A DNA stretch of 64,000 bases from assembly GCA_965205505.1 (NCBI GenBank), contig CBDBHB010000009.1, forward strand, positions 2,176,001-2,240,000, written 5' to 3'. Both the position numbers and the translations under genes were made by a program. This stretch comes from Acidobacteriota bacterium (GTDB lineage Bacteria; Acidobacteriota; UBA890; WLXD01). Under the pieces are notes generated by a model. It saw nothing but the letters and a program-made list of their open reading frames with translations, was not told where the DNA came from and made no database searches. Positions within the stretch are counted from its first letter, which is position 1. Every line of letters starts with the position of its first letter. Of the stretch, positions 32,930-43,543 are shown in pieces.

Positions 32930-34302
32930 TGGGCCTCCCCCGATTTCCCGGACACCTTTGGAAGCCCGATAATGGGCTCGGAGGTGAAGCATGGGGTCAC
33001 GACGGCGGTACAGTCGCGAGTTCAAGATTGAGGCAGTGAGGATGGTGACGCAGCTGGGCCATCCGGTGTCTGAGGTGGCCCGGGATCTGGGTGTTGGCCG
33101 CGGCATGTTGACCAAGTGGCGCAAACAGCTCCAGGAGCAGGGGGTCACGGCGTTTCCGGGCGCGGGGAAGATGCCCGACCAGGACCTGGACGGGCAACAG
33201 CTACGGCGGGACGTGCGGCGAGTACGGCAGGTGCGCGACATTCTAAAAAAAGCGTTGGCGATCTTCTCGGAACGCCCGCGATGAAGTACCCGATCATCAA
33301 GCAACTGTCCGGCAAGTTCCCGGTGCGGCGGTTGTGCAAGATGCTCGAGGTGTCTCACGGCGGTTACTACGAGTGGCGAGGAAGGGGGCCGAGCCCGAGA
33401 GCGCGAGAAGATCGCCGTCTACGTGTGCAGATCAGAGCTGCATTCCGAGAGAGCCGCGACCGTTACGGAAGTCCGCGCATCCACAAGCAACTTCGGCAAC
33501 GAGGGATCCGCTGCTCTCGCAAGCGGGTAGCTCGGCTGATGCGCCAGGAAGGACTTCGAGCTCGCCAACCCCGTCGGTTCCGGGTGACAACACGGCCCAC
33601 ACCTGGCCGGTCAGCGGCGCCCAACGTGCTGGCACGGCGCTTCACGGTGGATGCCGTGGACAGCGTCTGGGTGGGCGACCTGACATACCTGTGGACGCAG
33701 GAAGGATGGCTATACCTGGCCGTGGTGATGGATCTGTGCTCGCGACGGATCATCGGCTGGGCGGTGAGCGAGACGATGACGGACGATTTGACGCTGGCGG
33801 TCCTGGATCAGGCCTTGGAGCAACGCCGTCCCGGTTCCGGAGTGCTCCATCACAGCGACCGCGGCAGCCAGTACAGCAGCGACGATTACCTAGACAAGCT
33901 GCGTGACCGTGGCTTCACCATCAGCATGAGCAGGAAAGGAGACTGCTGGGATAACGCGCCGATGGAGAGTTTCTTCTCTACCCTGAAGTTCCAACTCGGT
34001 GGCTGCTTCAGTTCCCGGGCGGCGGCCCGAGCCGAGTTGTTCCATTACATCGAAGTGTTCTACAACCGGGCTCGCATGCACACCTCGATCGGAGACCAGA
34101 GTCCGGCTCAGTTCGAGGCGGCAATGCGGCGGCCATGCCAGAGCGGCCAATCAGCTGTGGAAGCTGACGCGCCCGTGGAAATCGACTCCCGATTTCCACC
34201 GTCGCTTGGACAACGCTCCGCGTTGCCAACAGCTCCCACAGCCGCTAATACGACTACGACAATGGATCTTAACTAAGTGTCCGGGAAAGCGGGGCAAGGT
34301 CA
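32930..34302 (+). mobile_element. IS3-family element G (orfA 32991-33284, orfB 33281-34276)
   Basis: IRs tttcccggacac / gtgtccgggaaag; WVGDLTY, HSDRGSQY, DNAPMESFF. Confidence 0.9.
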
Positions 34303-34775
34303 CCAACCACGGTGTCCCCTGGGTCGTGCTTACGAACGGGCTTCGGTGGGAGATCCACCGTGTGCTATTCGAGCGCCCAATCGACCATGAGCTTGTGTGT
34401 GAAATCGACTTCCTTGAGCTGCGCCCTAGGAACGCTGAAGACCAACAGAAGCTGTTCCTGCTCTGCCGCGAGGGTCTGGCTAAGGCGGCGATCGAGAAAT
34501 TTCACAAGCACGTGCAGGTAATCAACCGCTTCATGGTGGCGGCGATCGTCCGATCCGAGCCGTCGTTGAAGCTTATCCGCCGAGAGCTCCGCCGCGTGGC
34601 ACCGGACACCAAGACGACAATCACCGAGCTCGCCGACCTGTTGCCGGAGGTCCTCAAGCGCGACGTGCTAGACGGCGACGAGGCCAAGGCGGCCGCCCGC
34701 AAGCTCAAGCGCGCCGCATCGCGCACACTGAGGAAGGCGACTCAATCTACTACAGTTAGTGAGACTGGCGACTAA
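34303..34775 (+). pseudogene. C-terminal part of a restriction-endonuclease-like (HsdR N-terminal-like) protein, cut by the IS
   Basis: GVPWVVLTNGLRWEIHRV motif. Confidence 0.55.
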
Positions 34776-34823
34776 GCGGCGTTGGCCCAGCATCACTGCA
34801 CCTCCCCGCCCTCCACTAGCCGG

Positions 34824-35435
34824 CTACGCGTCTCTCGACAGTCCCGACGCGATCAGACCGGTAGGAACGGCGACAACGCCAATCCCGAGCAGGACGACGA
34901 TTCCCGTGAGCACCCGTCCTGCCGGTGTTACTGGGGTCACGTCTCCGTATCCGACCGTCGTCAAAGTGATAACGGACCACCACAGCGCGGCCGGGATGGG
35001 GCTGAAGGTGTCTGGTTGCACGTCGCGTTCGGCGTAGTACAGAGCGACAGCTGAGACGTAGAGCAGCATGCCAGTACCGACCGCGGCGGCAGCGAGTTCG
35101 TGGCGCACTGCGAAGACACCTCGTTTCAATCGGTTGAGCGCTGTTGCCCTCGACGTGAGCTTCAGCAGGCGCAGCAGCTTCAGCACCCCTGCGTCGAGCA
35201 CCACGGCAAGAAGATCTGCCACGCCAGCTACGCTCACTACGTAGCGCCACTTCCTACTGCTCATCACGATGCGCAGCGCGTACTCGATCACGAACCAAAC
35301 CCGCAACACAGCAGCCGTCATGCGTAATAGCGGTGCCGATTCTCCGACTGGCATCGTGCTCACCGTGAACTCGATCACAGATGCGGAGACGGCGAAAATC
35401 ACAACTCGTTCGAACCAGATAATCCAACCACTCAC
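34824..35435 (-). CDS. Potassium channel / ion transporter
   Basis: WWSVITLTTVGYGD selectivity filter; S4-like LKLLRLLKL. Confidence 0.88.
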   Translation of the reverse strand: MSGWIIWFERVVIFAVSASVIEFTVSTMPVGESAPLLRMTAAVLRVWFVIEYALRIVMSSRKWRYVVSVAGVADLLAVVLDAGVLKLLRLLKLTSRATALNRLKRGVFAVRHELAAAAVGTGMLLYVSAVALYYAERDVQPDTFSPIPAALWWSVITLTTVGYGDVTPVTPAGRVLTGIVVLLGIGVVAVPTGLIASGLSRDA

Positions 35436-35505
35436 CGCTCCACCCTCTCGTCCTCCGTGGCCGGGTCCTCGTGCACGCAGGTCGCGGTCGTCGCCCGTCA
35501 TGGCG

Positions 35506-36759
35506 TCAAGAATCTTGGAAGCCGATCTCTTCTCGCATTGTCGTGCGAGAGGCAGCCGCCCTGCCCACTCGTTGAATCGCCAATGCAAAAGCAGCCGTTC
35601 GCAGGTCGACATTCTTTTTCTGTGCAAGACTCCTGACCGCCCGGTAGGCTCGCCGCATGACCTTCTCAAGTTCCTTAACCACTCGGTCGTATTCCCAGCT
35701 GAATCGCTGGACGTTCTGAGCCCATTCGAAGTAACTGACGGTAACGCCACCGCCGTTGGCGAGGATGTCCGGCACTACCGTGACGCCACGTTCCAAAAGA
35801 ATCTCGTGGGCCTGGGGAGTAGTGGGGCCATTGGCTCCCTCGATCACGATCCTGGCCTGAACGTCCTTGGCGTTGTCCGCTGTGATCATGTTCTCGAGAG
35901 CCGCAGGGATCAGGATCTCCGCCGGCCAGGTGATGATCTCGGTGCCGTCGAAGGCATCGCCACGCGGAAAGCCGTGAACGGTCCCATGCTCCTTGACCCA
36001 ATCCGCCAGAGCCGACACGTCGAGCCCATCGACATTGTGGACGGCTCCAGCATGGTCGGCTACTGCCACGATCCTCCCCCCTTTTTCGGCAATGAGCCGG
36101 GCTGCGTTACTGCCCACGTTTCCAAATCCCTGTAGCGCGATGGTTCGACCTGCTAGTGGCAGGTCGTGATCGCCGAGTGCCTCCTCCAGGACGTACAACA
36201 CGCCACGTCCGGTAGCTTCCTCCCGGCCTGCCGATCCGAACAGATGAACCGGCTTCCCCGTGACCACCCCAGGTGAGAAACCCTCGTATTTCGAATACTC
36301 GTCCATGATCCACGCCATCACTTCAGCATTTGTGTTGACGTCAGGCGCGGGGACATCCAAGTTCGGGCCAATTACCTCCTTGATCTGACCCACGAAGGCA
36401 CGAGTGACGCGATCAAGTTCGGACTTCGAAAGCTGCGCCGGGTCGCAGTCGATACCCCCCTTAGCACCCCCGAATGGCACATTGGCGATGGCGGTCTTCC
36501 AGGTCATCAGATTGGCCAGAGCCGCCGCATGGTTCTCGTCCAGCGCGGGGTGGTACCGCAAGCCCCCCTTATAGGGCCCGCGAGTGTTGCTGTGTTGCAC
36601 CCGAAACCCGAGGAAGTGGAGTAGTTGGCCGCCGTCACTTTCGATTACGATCTCTACCTTGACCACCCGGCGTGGAGTAATCAGGATCTTGCGGACCCTT
36701 TCGGAGAGGCCGAGCAAATCGGCCGCCTTGTTGAAGTAGTGGTGACTCTCTTCAAGCAT
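35506..36759 (-). CDS. gdhA: Glu/Leu/Phe/Val dehydrogenase (glutamate dehydrogenase)
   Basis: GPYKGGLRYHP, GGAKGG, PAPDVNT, QGFGNVG, EGANGP, PDILANGGGV. Confidence 0.92.
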   Translation of the reverse strand: MLEESHHYFNKAADLLGLSERVRKILITPRRVVKVEIVIESDGGQLLHFLGFRVQHSNTRGPYKGGLRYHPALDENHAAALANLMTWKTAIANVPFGGAKGGIDCDPAQLSKSELDRVTRAFVGQIKEVIGPNLDVPAPDVNTNAEVMAWIMDEYSKYEGFSPGVVTGKPVHLFGSAGREEATGRGVLYVLEEALGDHDLPLAGRTIALQGFGNVGSNAARLIAEKGGRIVAVADHAGAVHNVDGLDVSALADWVKEHGTVHGFPRGDAFDGTEIITWPAEILIPAALENMITADNAKDVQARIVIEGANGPTTPQAHEILLERGVTVVPDILANGGGVTVSYFEWAQNVQRFSWEYDRVVKELEKVMRRAYRAVRSLAQKKNVDLRTAAFALAIQRVGRAAASRTTMREEIGFQDS

Positions 36760-36895
36760 GGGCTCTCCTGAAGTTCACGGACCTGTGTCGTCGTCGCGAA
36801 AGAGCCATCCATCATAACCCCCGAGCTCAAGCCCACCGGCCCCTAAGGCGCTGTTGTTGAACCCGGCTCCGCTACGCTCCGCCGGCTTCAACAAC

Positions 36896-38054
36896 AGCGC
36901 CTCCGGGGCCGGTGGTCGGTAGCCCAACGAGCTGTGCGGTCGCATGCGGTTGTACTGCTGCCTCCATCTCTCGATCAGAACCTTTGCCTCCTTGAGCGTG
37001 TAGAAGATCTCGCCGTTGAGCAGCTCGTCTCGGAGCTTGCCGTTGAAGCTCTCCACGTAGCCGTTCTCCCACGGCGAGCCCGGCTCGATGAACAGCGTGC
37101 CCACACCGAGCCTACCGAGCCAGTCGCGAACCGCCTCGGCGGTGAACTCCGGTCCGTTATCGGACCGGATGTGCTCAGGTATGCCCCGGTGCACGAACAA
37201 CCACCCGAGCCGCTCGAGCACGTCCTCACAGTTGAGCTTCCGTGCCACGTCGATCGCCAGGCTTTCTCGTGTGTACTCATCGACGATCGTCAGCAGCCTC
37301 ATAGCCCGACCCTCGTGCGTCCGGTGATGAACGAAGTCATACGCCCAGACGTGATCTTTGCGCTGTGGTCGCAGCCGGATGCACGAGCCATCGCTGAGCC
37401 ACAGCCGGGCTCGTTTGGGCTGCTTTGTCGGTACTTTCAGCCCCTCACGCCTCCAGATACGCTGCACTCGTTTGTGGTTCACCCACCAGCCCTCCATACG
37501 CAACAACGCCGTCACTCGCCGATACCCGTAGCGCCCGTATTGTCGGGCTAGATCCACGATCCGCTCCGTCAACATCTGCTCATCGCCCGGTTCTCTTGGC
37601 ATGTACCTGTGTGTCGTGCGTGGTTGTTTCAGTACCCGGCACGCCCGCCTCTCGGAGACGCCCAGCCGCCCCTGTACATGCGCCACCGCCTCGCGCCGTC
37701 GAGCTGGGCTCAGAAGTTTCCCTCCGCGACTTCCTTCAGGATCGACAGGTCGAGCTCTTTCTCCGCCACCAGTTTCTTGAGCCGGGCGTTTTCTTTCTCC
37801 AGCTGCTTGAGCCTTCTGGCCTGGTTGACCTTCAGCCCCCCGTACTCCCGCCGCCACCGATAGTAGGTGTGCTCGGTGATCGCTAGCTTGCGGCAGGCAT
37901 CCTTGACCGTCCCGCCTTGCGCCTGCTCCACTTCAGCCTCCCGGAGCTTGCGTACGATCTGCTCGGCGCTGTGCCTCTTCGTCGGCATTCTGACCTCCCC
38001 TTTTCGACCCAGATCGTGAGATTACCTCTGGATCCGTTTTGGGGGGTCAGGTCA
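36896..38054 (-). mobile_element. IS3-family element E, copy 1 (orfA 37710-37988; right end lost), nested in a remnant of IS F
   Basis: DDE motifs; left IR at 38031-38054. Flanks 36833-36895 and 38055-38104 match the IS F remnant at 53031-53145 in inverted orientation. Confidence 0.85.
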
Positions 38055-38129
38055 GGCACCGTGTTACTGAGATAAGACGTGGTACTAACCGCGGGGTCAG
38101 GTCAGCCTCTCTCGCGGCGGCGCCGCTCT

Positions 38130-38439
38130 TGTTACCTCAGTGTTACCTAACGAGCCATTTGGCCTCCGAACAAACGGGCAGGGGGATTCGGCTTCGTTCG
38201 CCGAATCCCCCTTCATATCAACGGCTTGCACCAAAATGCCCAAGGAGGGACTTGCCCCCCACGAGCTTGCACCCACTAGGTCCTGAAAACAATCCAGCAG
38301 TTTACCGCCCTGTGGCGTCCCTTACCGCTCCTTAGCCCAACATACGTGTTGTCAACCACTTATTATGTGACCGTCGTTCATGCTCTTGGTGTCGCTCATT
38401 GACGCTCGTTGACGGTACGTTTGTTAACCGGCTGTTAAC
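38130..38439. other. attP-like site: tRNA-Leu 3' core (38237-38287), IHF consensus and paired arm repeats on both sides
   Basis: TGTTACC x2 (38130, 38141); TATCAACGGCTTG = WATCAANNNNTTR (38216); TGTTAAC x2 (38422, 38433); abuts the integrase 3' end. Confidence 0.65.
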
Positions 38440-39619
38440 TCGCACCGCCCTCAACAACGGTGAAGCGTCGGCGCTTGGCGGCGCGGATCGTCTCGTCAAG
38501 ACGGCTCATCGCCCGTTCGCGCTGAGAGATCATCACGTGGCCGTAGAGGTCGCCGGTGATCTGCACGCTGCTGTGGCCGAGTTGCTCGCTCGTGTACTTG
38601 AGGCCTTCGCCCTGGCGTAGCAGCAGGCTGGCGAAGGTGTGACGCAGGCTGTGCAGTGTGATGCCCTCACGCAGGCCAGCGCGCTCGCGCAGAGGCCTGA
38701 AGACGCGTCGGTACCAGGAGTTGGGATCGTGCGGTTTACCGGTGGAAGTGCGAAAGACGAAGTCGCTGTGCATCGGCGGGTTCGCCTTCCGGTGTCGTCT
38801 CAGCGCGTCGATTACTGAGGCGGGAGCGTCGACGGTTCGTTCCGAGCTCGAGGTCTTCGTCTCCGTGACCCTTCCGTTGTAGACCGAGCGTCGTACGTGG
38901 ACCCGAGCACCGTGGTCCTGATGAGCCTCAACGTCATGCCACTTCAAGCCGAACGCCTCGCCTCGACGAAGCCCGAGAAACAACATGACATGGATGAGGG
39001 CGTTCGCTTCGCAATCCTCTGAGGTGGCCGCGAGCAACACCGCCATGTCGTCTTCTTCGAGGAACTCGGCTTCCCTCTTTCGCACTTTGAGCCTCTGTTG
39101 TCCGACAAGGGGATCGCCGGCAAGGTAGGCGCGGGCAGGGTGCCGAGCCCACTTGAAGATCTGCCGCGCGAGCGTTAAGACGTTGTTGAAGCTCTTCCGC
39201 GCCATATCGCCCGCATCGACCTTCTCGGCAAGACCAGCTCGCCACTCCGCCATGACCGTCGGCGTAAGTCGATCGCTTCGGTACCGGCCCAGGCCTCCGG
39301 CGTACTCAACGTCGTCAACCTCTGGGGCGAGGTGGACCCTGACAAGGCAGGTTGCCGTCGCCGCCGTGCTGGCTCGGACTTCACCCAGCTTGACGCGCGT
39401 ATCGAGGTCCTCGACCCACGCAGCGAAGACATCCTTCATGAGCTCTGGCTGCACTTTTTGAAAGGTCCCGTCCTTGACCTTCTTCTGAGCCTCCACGAGG
39501 AATGCGTCGGCGTCCTTTCGGCGTTTGAAGCACTTGCCGTGCTGTTTGCCAGCCTGGTCTCGCCAGTACGCATACCAGCGCGGTCCGGAAATCGTCAGTC
39601 GCTTGTGGATGCTCGCCAT
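38435..39619 (-). CDS. Tyrosine integrase (probably tRNA-Leu targeting)
   Basis: GLRRGE, TKT, HSLRHTFASLL, LGHSS..T.DLYGH: full catalytic set. Confidence 0.92.
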   Translation of the reverse strand: MASIHKRLTISGPRWYAYWRDQAGKQHGKCFKRRKDADAFLVEAQKKVKDGTFQKVQPELMKDVFAAWVEDLDTRVKLGEVRASTAATATCLVRVHLAPEVDDVEYAGGLGRYRSDRLTPTVMAEWRAGLAEKVDAGDMARKSFNNVLTLARQIFKWARHPARAYLAGDPLVGQQRLKVRKREAEFLEEDDMAVLLAATSEDCEANALIHVMLFLGLRRGEAFGLKWHDVEAHQDHGARVHVRRSVYNGRVTETKTSSSERTVDAPASVIDALRRHRKANPPMHSDFVFRTSTGKPHDPNSWYRRVFRPLRERAGLREGITLHSLRHTFASLLLRQGEGLKYTSEQLGHSSVQITGDLYGHVMISQRERAMSRLDETIRAAKRRRFTVVEGGAS

Positions 39620-39660
39620 CTACCTTTCCCCTCCCTCTGTCGGGTCCTTCGGCGGTGCGA

Positions 39661-40062
39661 TCACTTCTCTTGGGTTTCCTCGATCCCGGCCTTCCTTAGC
39701 CAGCGACGTATGGTTTCGACATCCGAGCCGATATCGGCAGCGATGGCCTTCACGGACTCTCCGGCTGCCGCCCGGCGTCTCGCCTTCTCCTGCCGATCCC
39801 GGTATGCCTTCATGCGACATGTCGTGGAGCAATGCTTGGCCTCGGGCCGTTTTGCCCGCGGCGACCGCTCGAACCACCGGTGGCAAACCACGCACCGCGC
39901 ATAGTCCTTGTTACCGTCCACGGCTTGTCCGAACTGAAGCCACATCGCGCCGAGAAGGTTGTCAGGGATCAGACATAGCTCTAGAGCGCCCCTGGGAGGG
40001 GCGTACAGGAGCCGTGGCGACGCGTGTTCGTCGAGTCGTTTGTTGATGGCGTCGTGTGCCAA
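39661..40062 (-). CDS. Zn-finger (CxxC..CxxxC) plus HTH protein, possibly 5'-truncated
   Basis: CVVCHRWF...HCSTTCRMKAYR; VKAIAADIGSDVETIRRW. Confidence 0.55.
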   Translation of the reverse strand: MAHDAINKRLDEHASPRLLYAPPRGALELCLIPDNLLGAMWLQFGQAVDGNKDYARCVVCHRWFERSPRAKRPEAKHCSTTCRMKAYRDRQEKARRRAAAGESVKAIAADIGSDVETIRRWLRKAGIEETQEK

Positions 40063-40262
40063 TGATCAGCCTTCCGGAGCCACTGTTTGACGTTGCGGCT
40101 GTGGCCGAGATCTTCGGGGTGAGGCCGCGATGGGTGTACGAGCACTTGGACGAGCTGCCGCATGTGCGTGTCGGGCGCTATGTCCGCTTCGAGACGGCTG
40201 CCATCCGCGAGTACCTCGACCGGCAGCCCCGGGAACCGGAAAGTAACCCCTTTGGCCAATGA
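40062..40262 (+). CDS. Excisionase-like HTH protein
   Basis: LFDVAAVAEIFGVRPRWVY..LPHVRVGRYVRF. Confidence 0.8.
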   Translation: MISLPEPLFDVAAVAEIFGVRPRWVYEHLDELPHVRVGRYVRFETAAIREYLDRQPREPESNPFGQ

Positions 40263-40551
40263 TGCCCCACTCGTTGCCGACAAGAGCGGCATTGCCGACT
40301 CCATTGTGCAGTTCGTTACCGGGCGTCTGCTGCCGCCGGGTAGCAAGCCGCCGAGGCACGCGTGGACGGAGGAGCTGGATGGGGTCAGGCGTGGGGGCCC
40401 GGGGCTAGTGCCCAAGCAGGACGCTATCGACTGGCCCGAGGACGAGGTGGATCACCTCGACCGGTACCTCTACAGCAAGCGAATCCGGGCAGCAGGGATG
40501 GCCCGCGCTCAAACGCCGTCCCGGGAACGACTTTGACCTGAGCTAGGCAAC

Positions 40552-42954
40552 ATGGGAAATCCTGGCACCGCCGCAGCGATCGACAACCCCGCGGCGGGTT
40601 TGTCTCCGCGCTGGCCATCGCGGCTGCCGACGCGCTACCGGCGCCTACGCAACCTAGAGCACCAGCACCCGAAGCTCACCGGCGGCCTGTGCGACGTGCT
40701 GCCGCGGGCGGTGCTGGCGCGGCTGCCGAGCTTTCCGCACCCGTGGCCGGAGGATCTCGCCGCGGAGCTGACGCCAGAGCTGGTAGCCGAAGCGCTACTC
40801 CAGCTGGTGCCGCACGTCGGCGACGACACCTCCTCGGGCTCGAGGTTCTTTCAGACGATCCGCGACAGCCGCGGCCAATGGAACAAGGAAGTGTCCTGGC
40901 ACCGTGGGCTGGTGATCCTGCCGCCGCTCGGCGCGGCTCACTGGTTGAACCAGCTGGTGCTCGGCTCCCCGTTGCAAGATGCGCGTGGGCGTGTTCGTCA
41001 CCTGGTGATCGACTACGACGGGCCACAGCACCTCTGCGACCCTGAGACACGACACGAAGCGCTGCGCGAGATCCGCGCCGCTGGCGTGCCCGTCTGGTTC
41101 GCCACGCGGCCGAGTTGCAACCGCGAGCACTCGATGCACGTGTACGTGCTGCTGAATCGGCCGATGCCGGCGAAGGAGGCGGCCGAGCATGTGCGTCGTC
41201 TGTTGCGCACCAAGCCGGGCGCGCCGCCAGGGCAGTGGTGCGAGATCCTGGTGCGTGCTTGTCGTCTGCCGGCCGGCCTCGACGCCGCCCGGCTCCACCC
41301 CGCCACGGGTGCCGAGCTTAAGGAATCGCCGGGTGAGCAGCTGCGCGCGATTCTGCAGCTGCGCGGCACCTGTGACCGGTTCCGGGTGTGCGGGCCTCGA
41401 ATTCGTATCTCGGGGATCGGGCAGAACACTCGTGTAGGCCTCGCCGCAGGTCCGGGTTCGGATACGTGCCCCAATCGGTCAACGTTGCCGCTCGAGGCGA
41501 TCGCAGCCGCAGCCGAGGCACGAACCGAGCGCTACGAGTCCGCGGAAGCCGCGGGCGGTGAGCGGCCGCGCTTCGGATCCGTCGGGCCACTACCGTGGGA
41601 CGAGCCGTGCGAGATCGCACAGCTGTTGCGCTCCGGATCGGTGTACCCTGGCTACCGCAATGGAACCGCCCGCGCCATCGGGCACTTCGCGCACGCTGCG
41701 GGCCTCGACCTGGATGCGACGCTCACCGCCTTCGACGCGATCACGTTCCAGGGCGCCACGTGCACCGAGCTGCGCGGCTGGCGAGCCGACTGTACGAGAT
41801 CCTACGCACGCGGTGCCGAGCTGCTGCGCAACCCCGCCGCGACCGAGGCCTCGATGCCGATGCCTGACAAGCTCCGGGAGATCGCCGCAGCCGAGCTCGA
41901 GCAGCTGCCCGACGACGTGCGCTCCCGCCTCGAGGCCGACGTGGCCGAGATCCCACACCGGGCATTGCGGCGCGCGTTCCTGCGCCTCGTCGGTTATACG
42001 CTTGCCCGGTGCCGGCAAGGGCGGCCCGATGTGCCGGCCTCGACGTTGCGCACTTTGGTCGGTACGCTGCGCTGGTGCAAACCAGCGATCGAACGCGCCG
42101 TGCTCCTCGGCTGGCTCCGGATCGAACGCGAGGCCGATCGCCTCAAGCACCGCTGCCGGCGCTTTGCACCAGGTCCTCAAGCTAACGCTCCGGCTCCCGA
42201 TCCCGTGCCCGGGTGCATCATCGAGTTCCCCATGCAGCACAGGAGGTTTTTGGGTACACCTAAAGACCCGAAGGGGCACGGACTGAGGATTACTACCCCA
42301 GAGGATGTGACCCTGGCGAGAATGCGACCCTGGCAAGGGGACGAGGGGATCGGGGGCCGCTGGGCGCCGCCCGAGCGGCGAGGGCGACGACGACGGGTAT
42401 TACGAGAACCGCTGCCGCCACCGCCTACAGTCGCTGGCGAGTCCACTGTTGCCGAGCTCGGGAAGCTCGCCGCTGGCCCATGTCACCGGCCGCGAGCGAC
42501 TGCCTGCGCCCGTAGGAGAGCTCGGATGAGCATGCGGGTGCGAATGCGCCGCGCCGTGTCTCGCGCTTCACTTCGGGTGGCCGTTCGATCCAGACACACC
42601 AGCGGCGCCAGCGGCCGCAATGGCGGTTCCGGTTCGGCCTGCGCCGCCCGCTGGCTCGCGCGGCGACACCTCAAGGTCCCGGTGGAATCTGAGCACACGG
42701 TGCGCGCGGAGACGACCCCGGCGACTACTTCGTCTACCCGTTCGGTTGTGCCGAGAGCGTCATCATCGTGCGCAACCCGGCAGGTGAGATCAAAGCGTGC
42801 CCACAGCGTCTGCCGCCACCGCGGCTTGCGCCCTTGTCGTCACGATGCCGACGCGATCCCCGACGATCAGCGCCGCGCATCTGTACCGATCCGTCACCCC
42901 GTCGAACTCCAAGATCGGCTAGCACGCGCCGACGGCGCGGGAAACCGACACTGA
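40552..42954 (+). CDS. Putative AEP-type primase/replication protein with PriCT-like region; C-terminal part probably read-through
   Basis: VIDYDG (DxD), MHVY, RLP motifs; GYRNGT; low-complexity Arg-rich tail after about 42300. Confidence 0.5.
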   Translation: MGNPGTAAAIDNPAAGLSPRWPSRLPTRYRRLRNLEHQHPKLTGGLCDVLPRAVLARLPSFPHPWPEDLAAELTPELVAEALLQLVPHVGDDTSSGSRFFQTIRDSRGQWNKEVSWHRGLVILPPLGAAHWLNQLVLGSPLQDARGRVRHLVIDYDGPQHLCDPETRHEALREIRAAGVPVWFATRPSCNREHSMHVYVLLNRPMPAKEAAEHVRRLLRTKPGAPPGQWCEILVRACRLPAGLDAARLHPATGAELKESPGEQLRAILQLRGTCDRFRVCGPRIRISGIGQNTRVGLAAGPGSDTCPNRSTLPLEAIAAAAEARTERYESAEAAGGERPRFGSVGPLPWDEPCEIAQLLRSGSVYPGYRNGTARAIGHFAHAAGLDLDATLTAFDAITFQGATCTELRGWRADCTRSYARGAELLRNPAATEASMPMPDKLREIAAAELEQLPDDVRSRLEADVAEIPHRALRRAFLRLVGYTLARCRQGRPDVPASTLRTLVGTLRWCKPAIERAVLLGWLRIEREADRLKHRCRRFAPGPQANAPAPDPVPGCIIEFPMQHRRFLGTPKDPKGHGLRITTPEDVTLARMRPWQGDEGIGGRWAPPERRGRRRRVLREPLPPPPTVAGESTVAELGKLAAGPCHRPRATACARRRARMSMRVRMRRAVSRASLRVAVRSRHTSGASGRNGGSGSACAARWLARRHLKVPVESEHTVRAETTPATTSSTRSVVPRASSSCATRQVRSKRAHSVCRHRGLRPCRHDADAIPDDQRRASVPIRHPVELQDRLARADGAGNRH

Positions 42955-42955
42955 C

Positions 42956-43543
42956 ATGTCGATCATGCCAACCTTCGCCGCACCCCGTACTCGAGAAGGG
43001 ACACCTTGTTGCCGGTGTGTGGCTGCAGGGGCGCTGTGCTACCAGCATCGCCACCGGCAAAAGACGCAAAAGACGCAGCTTAAAAAGAGCCAGAAGCGCC
43101 GGGCGAGAGCTGCCAGGAAGACGACGAAGTTCACCGCGCGCCGGAGAGCTCGTTACCTGGAACTGCTGGCGAGCGGTGCGCTGCGCGGTGCAGCCGCGAA
43201 GGCCGTTGGCGTTGGCCGCAGCACCCCGCTGCGGGCAATGCGCGACGAGCCCGACTTTGCTGCCGCGGTCGAAGAAGCCGAGATGCAGGCAGACTCGGAG
43301 GTTCAGCGAGCACTGTTCCTAGCGGCCACGGAAGACCGGAATGTCACCGCGATGCAGGTGTGGCTGTACAACCGCGTACCGGGCGCGTGGGTGAATTCGC
43401 AGCGACGCGAAGTACACCACAAGATCTCGGACTCTGAACGTGTGCGTTTTGCGCAGGCGGCGGCCACGGCGGGGCTCAATGAGTCTCAGATCGAGACGCT
43501 TGCGCGGGCTCTTGAAGGTGCCGACGAGGACACGGAGCAGTGA
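42956..43543 (+). CDS. Putative terminase small subunit (HTH)
   Basis: RYLELLASG..AAKAVGVGRST...DFAAAVEEAE..NVTAMQVWLYNR; lies directly upstream of TerL. Confidence 0.6.
   Translation: MSIMPTFAAPRTREGTPCCRCVAAGALCYQHRHRQKTQKTQLKKSQKRRARAARKTTKFTARRRARYLELLASGALRGAAAKAVGVGRSTPLRAMRDEPDFAAAVEEAEMQADSEVQRALFLAATEDRNVTAMQVWLYNRVPGAWVNSQRREVHHKISDSERVRFAQAAATAGLNESQIETLARALEGADEDTEQ

Noticed and set aside
36853-36895. Invertible hairpin cassette within IS3 ends
   Set aside because: The apparently flipped hairpin and its left flank match IS F in inverted orientation, so nested insertion plus deletion explains it better.
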